From contig NZ_VPFL01000012.1 in the NCBI RefSeq assembly GCF_008014345.1, forward strand, positions 1 to 24,000: a stretch of 24,000 nucleotides of DNA. The letters are read 5' to 3'. Position numbers and translations under genes: made by a program. This DNA comes from Pelomicrobium methylotrophicum (lineage in GTDB: Bacteria; Pseudomonadota; Gammaproteobacteria; Burkholderiales; UBA6910). The notes below the pieces were generated by a model. The model did not search any database, had not been told where the DNA came from, and was given only the letters and a program-made list of their open reading frames with translations. Shown here piece by piece: positions 21,267-24,000 of the stretch (position 1 is its first letter; the number at the start of each line of letters is the position of its first letter).

Positions 21267-22765
21267 GGCGCGGCGGCGTTGTAGGGTCCCGGGGCGGCGC
21301 ACCTCTGGAGTTCCGCCCCGGTGTAGCCCAGGCTCTTGCAGCGTTCGTAATTATCCCGCAACCAGCGCACGGTGTTCATGGCCGCCCAGGTGTCGGTGCG
21401 AGGGGCGATGCCTGAGCGGTAGCCCGCCGCCTTGCACTGATCCGACGTCCATCCGATGGGGCAGTTTCCGGCGTAGAGCTCCCGGACGCCCGTCAGGCCC
21501 CCTTCCATCGTCCCGTTCACGTGCCTTGCCCGGATGGCCTCCGTCAGCATCCGCTCGGGTTCGCTTCCGGGCGTCGCGGGGTCCATCCAGCCGCTGTCGG
21601 TCGCGCCGAACATCCCGTCCTGCGGGCTCGTCCAGCTTCCACCCCTGTCTATGATGGTCCCCGCGCCGTAGATGCCTCCCGCCGCGGCGCCGATCAGCGC
21701 GGCGTCGGTCACCGACGTGCCAAGAGCGCCAGTGCCAACCCACGTCGCCGACCCGGCGAACAGGGTTGGCGTGACGTATGCGGCGAAGCCCACGAGCACG
21801 GCGGTGAGGACGGCAAAAGCGAGCACGCTCCAGCTCGTTTTGGTCTGGCTCCAGACGGAGAGGAGGTCTTCCATCTCCGGCATGTTGCCGCCGGTCCAGG
21901 GTTCGAAGGACACCCCGGCGGGGGCGACGTGTTCGATGGCGTCGCAGCTCGTCGCCCTGGGGATGACGCAGATCTGGGCCGTGAAGCCGCGGGGTTGCAG
22001 CTCTTTGGGCAGCGCCACGTACCACCTGGGCTTGGCGTATCCGCGCACGATGGTGGTCACCTTTTTCCTGAGCGCGCCGCCGCTTTTTCTCACCTCCTGT
22101 TCGAACCGTGGTTCGGTCACCGCCAGCATGCCGACGAACGATCGGGTGTACTGCATGGCGTGTCCGACTGCGACCAGGGCCCCGGACAGGTTGATGTTAT
22201 GGAACACCGGGTCTGTCGTGTCGCCCCGGAACTGGGCGAAGGGGTTGTAGCCCGGGCGCGCGGGGTCGGCAAGTTCTTGTTGCGTCAGGTAGTTGCGCGA
22301 CGCGCGCCAGCGCTCGCCGTGGTGCGGCGTGAAGTCGGAGATCATCACCCGGATTTTGCCGTCGATGCCTTTTTCCACCTTCACGGCGTTGACCCGGAGC
22401 TGTGCCGTCTGGGGGCTGTAACGCCCGAAGACCATGACATGTCCCGCGGGGAAGGCCTTGACAAGGTCCGAAAGACGCTTCGAGTCCAGGCCCGCGGCGC
22501 CCAGTTCTTCGCGCCCCACCGTGATCCACCGCTCGCCTTGGATCATCCTGACGTCGAAGGTGTCTGGAAGGACGCCGGGCTCAAGCTCCGCGATGCTCTG
22601 CCAGTTGTCGCCGGGATAGGTCACCTCAGTCCAGTTGGCGGGCGTGCCCAGCCGCATGTTGAACCACGTGGCGTTGAACTGCCCGACCGCCGCCGTCGCC
22701 TTCATGGGCGAAATCAGCGTCGTGGCGATGAAGATGGAAAGAAAGAACCTTGCGAGCGCACGCAT
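21260..22765 (-). CDS. Secreted/membrane-anchored protein of unknown function (501 aa)
   Basis: ATG at 22763-22765 lies 8 nt after AAGGAA. The signal peptide is MRALARFFLSIFIATTLISPMKATAAVG. An internal TM segment reads WSVLAFAVLTAVLVGFAAYV, followed by a Gly-rich segment. The C-terminal domain carries 4 Cys. Confidence 0.7.
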   Translation of the reverse strand: MRALARFFLSIFIATTLISPMKATAAVGQFNATWFNMRLGTPANWTEVTYPGDNWQSIAELEPGVLPDTFDVRMIQGERWITVGREELGAAGLDSKRLSDLVKAFPAGHVMVFGRYSPQTAQLRVNAVKVEKGIDGKIRVMISDFTPHHGERWRASRNYLTQQELADPARPGYNPFAQFRGDTTDPVFHNINLSGALVAVGHAMQYTRSFVGMLAVTEPRFEQEVRKSGGALRKKVTTIVRGYAKPRWYVALPKELQPRGFTAQICVIPRATSCDAIEHVAPAGVSFEPWTGGNMPEMEDLLSVWSQTKTSWSVLAFAVLTAVLVGFAAYVTPTLFAGSATWVGTGALGTSVTDAALIGAAAGGIYGAGTIIDRGGSWTSPQDGMFGATDSGWMDPATPGSEPERMLTEAIRARHVNGTMEGGLTGVRELYAGNCPIGWTSDQCKAAGYRSGIAPRTDTWAAMNTVRWLRDNYERCKSLGYTGAELQRCAAPGPYNAAAPY

Positions 22766-23035
22766 GGCCGTGTTCCTTCGGAGACAGCATCCCGCAGAAA
22801 AGCATAGGCCATCCACGCCGAAAAAACCGCACGGAATCGTCGCGTTGAACTTGCGCCTTTTGTCTGGCGGATGCGGCGGCGCGCATGCCGGTCAACCCGG
22901 ATCGGTCTTTCGCCTCCCAATAAGGCCAACGGGCGATGATCCTTTCATCGCCAGTTTTTTTCCTCGCGCGTTAGTCGTCCGGACGGACGCGAAAAATCCC
23001 CTTCCGGGTCAACGTTTCTCCGGCCTGCGTTTCGA

Positions 23036-23296
23036 ATGCCGTGGCATGTTTTTCGCATGGATGCGGATTTCGAAACCCTGGCTGACCAGCTCTTTTCTCT
23101 TTCTTCGAGACACAACCTGACTTCCACGGAGGCCTCCGCCCTTGTCGGCTGCGCGTCCGTGCTCTTGCACCGGGTGGCGCCGTCGCCGGAGCGCGTGTTG
23201 GCGGCTGTTTCCGTCCTGCGCCGGATCGGCGGGCATGCCGGTCTTGAGGAGGCGCTTTTGCGGTTTGCGGCGCGGCAGGGCTTGACAGGCGGCTGA
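23036..23296 (+). CDS. Hypothetical small protein (weak)
   Basis: The ORF has no clear SD. The alternative start at 23057 gives MDADFETLADQLF... Confidence 0.3.
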   Translation: MPWHVFRMDADFETLADQLFSLSSRHNLTSTEASALVGCASVLLHRVAPSPERVLAAVSVLRRIGGHAGLEEALLRFAARQGLTGG

Positions 23297-23330
23297 TCTG
23301 CGTAAGATCGAGACCGAAAGGAGGCTCGGC

Positions 23331-23531
23331 ATGCAGGAAGTCGAAGGCGTCTATTCGGACGAATACATTGATTATTGGGGCGACGTGTACGTTGCGCTGG
23401 ATCTCCGTGAGCGGGCGGGCGTTGATTTCGAGCGTTTCCTGAAGTCGCCGGACACGATCTTGCGGGAAGCTGGGATCGAGCCTCTGCTCCCGGAGCAAGC
23501 GGAGGCTGCGGCGCGGATTTTCTCCCGGTGA
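23331..23531 (+). CDS. Hypothetical small acidic protein (66 aa)
   Basis: A strong SD (GAAAGGAGG) lies 6 nt upstream. It translates MQEVEGVYSDEYIDYWGDVYVALDLRERAG... Confidence 0.55.
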   Translation: MQEVEGVYSDEYIDYWGDVYVALDLRERAGVDFERFLKSPDTILREAGIEPLLPEQAEAAARIFSR

Positions 23532-23926
23532 TGGGGATCATCAGTTTTGCGCTCGATTTCCAGGTCGTGCTCGGTTTCGGGCGCATCGCGGTCAAGGCCC
23601 GCGCGGACGCGAAAGCCCCGATAGTCGTCGTGGGCGGCGACGAGGGGGCGATGGGCATGGCGCCCGAAGGCGCCTTCGAGGATCTGGCGGCGCGGATTCT
23701 CGCCCATCCTTCGCTCGCGGGAGCCGATCCGGCCGCGGTTCGCTGGATCTGGCGCAGGCCGCCCTTCTTGTTTCGCGGCAGGAGGCATCCGGAGGCCTGG
23801 TTCGGGGTGATCATGGTCTGGGATTCCCGGGCGCGCCGCTACAGCAACGCCAGGTGGTCCGCGCTTCGATGGGCGGAGGAGGCGGAAGCCAGGGCGCTGT
23901 GGAATGGGCAAACCGCCCGCGACTGA
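23528..23926 (+). CDS. Hypothetical protein (132 aa)
   Basis: Its start overlaps the stop of the preceding ORF (GTGATG). I recognise no family. Confidence 0.4.
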   Translation: MMGIISFALDFQVVLGFGRIAVKARADAKAPIVVVGGDEGAMGMAPEGAFEDLAARILAHPSLAGADPAAVRWIWRRPPFLFRGRRHPEAWFGVIMVWDSRARRYSNARWSALRWAEEAEARALWNGQTARD

Positions 23927-24000
23927 AGCCGCTGGTTTCCTTGCGGGGGTTCTGAAAGGCGTATGCCTTCGCCATTGCTTGGCCAAAGCGTGGATTTTGT

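Noticed and set aside
21521-22807. 428-aa plus-strand ORF (and 21351-22025 on the minus strand in another frame)
   Set aside because: These are shadows of the 21260-22765 minus-strand gene, which has an SD, a signal peptide and a TM segment. Their translations are Arg/Gly/Pro-rich.
22945-23814. 289-aa minus-strand ORF
   Set aside because: It is a low-complexity Ala/Arg/Pro/Ser string that runs antisense to three plus-strand ORFs, one of which has a strong SD.

Overview
This is a GC-rich bacterial window that looks like an accessory or mobile-element region (plasmid, ICE or island-like). All calls come from reading the sequence and the ORF track by hand. Protein family names rest on motif recognition, not on searches. 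Left to right: (1) The 3' end of a GspE/PilB-type secretion ATPase, with a terminator. (2) A tRNA-like gene with non-canonical loops. (3) An unusual array at 959-3651. A conserved structured leader (a Shine-Dalgarno-sequestering helix plus a 30-nt GC palindrome) precedes five different small minus-strand genes, one of them PemK/MazF-like. These are interleaved with three paralogous plus-strand small genes that have near-consensus promoters and converge on and overlap the minus-strand genes. A 77-nt perfect repeat occurs twice. (4) A small plus-strand operon that includes a Cys-depleted DksA/TraR-like protein. (5) Several hypothetical minus-strand genes. (6) A frameshifted MORN-repeat gene. (7) A lower-GC type II restriction-modification island: a Dam-like methyltransferase with an N-terminal extension and a palindromic putative operator, convergent with a NotI-like endonuclease. 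(8) A three-domain fusion protein (DUF4326 + A1S_2505-like + SLOG/DprA-like) followed by a membrane protein. (9) A thermonuclease / DUF6794-like / SRAP (YedK-like) operon. (10) A DUF2924 protein plus a large serine recombinase that is probably 3'-truncated, a decayed family-4 uracil-DNA glycosylase pseudogene, and a tyrosine integrase. (11) A ParM/ParR-like partition module. (12) Hypothetical, lipoprotein and secreted/membrane proteins. The best candidate for something undescribed is the leader/palindrome small-gene array at 959-3651. No CRISPR array or rRNA was seen.
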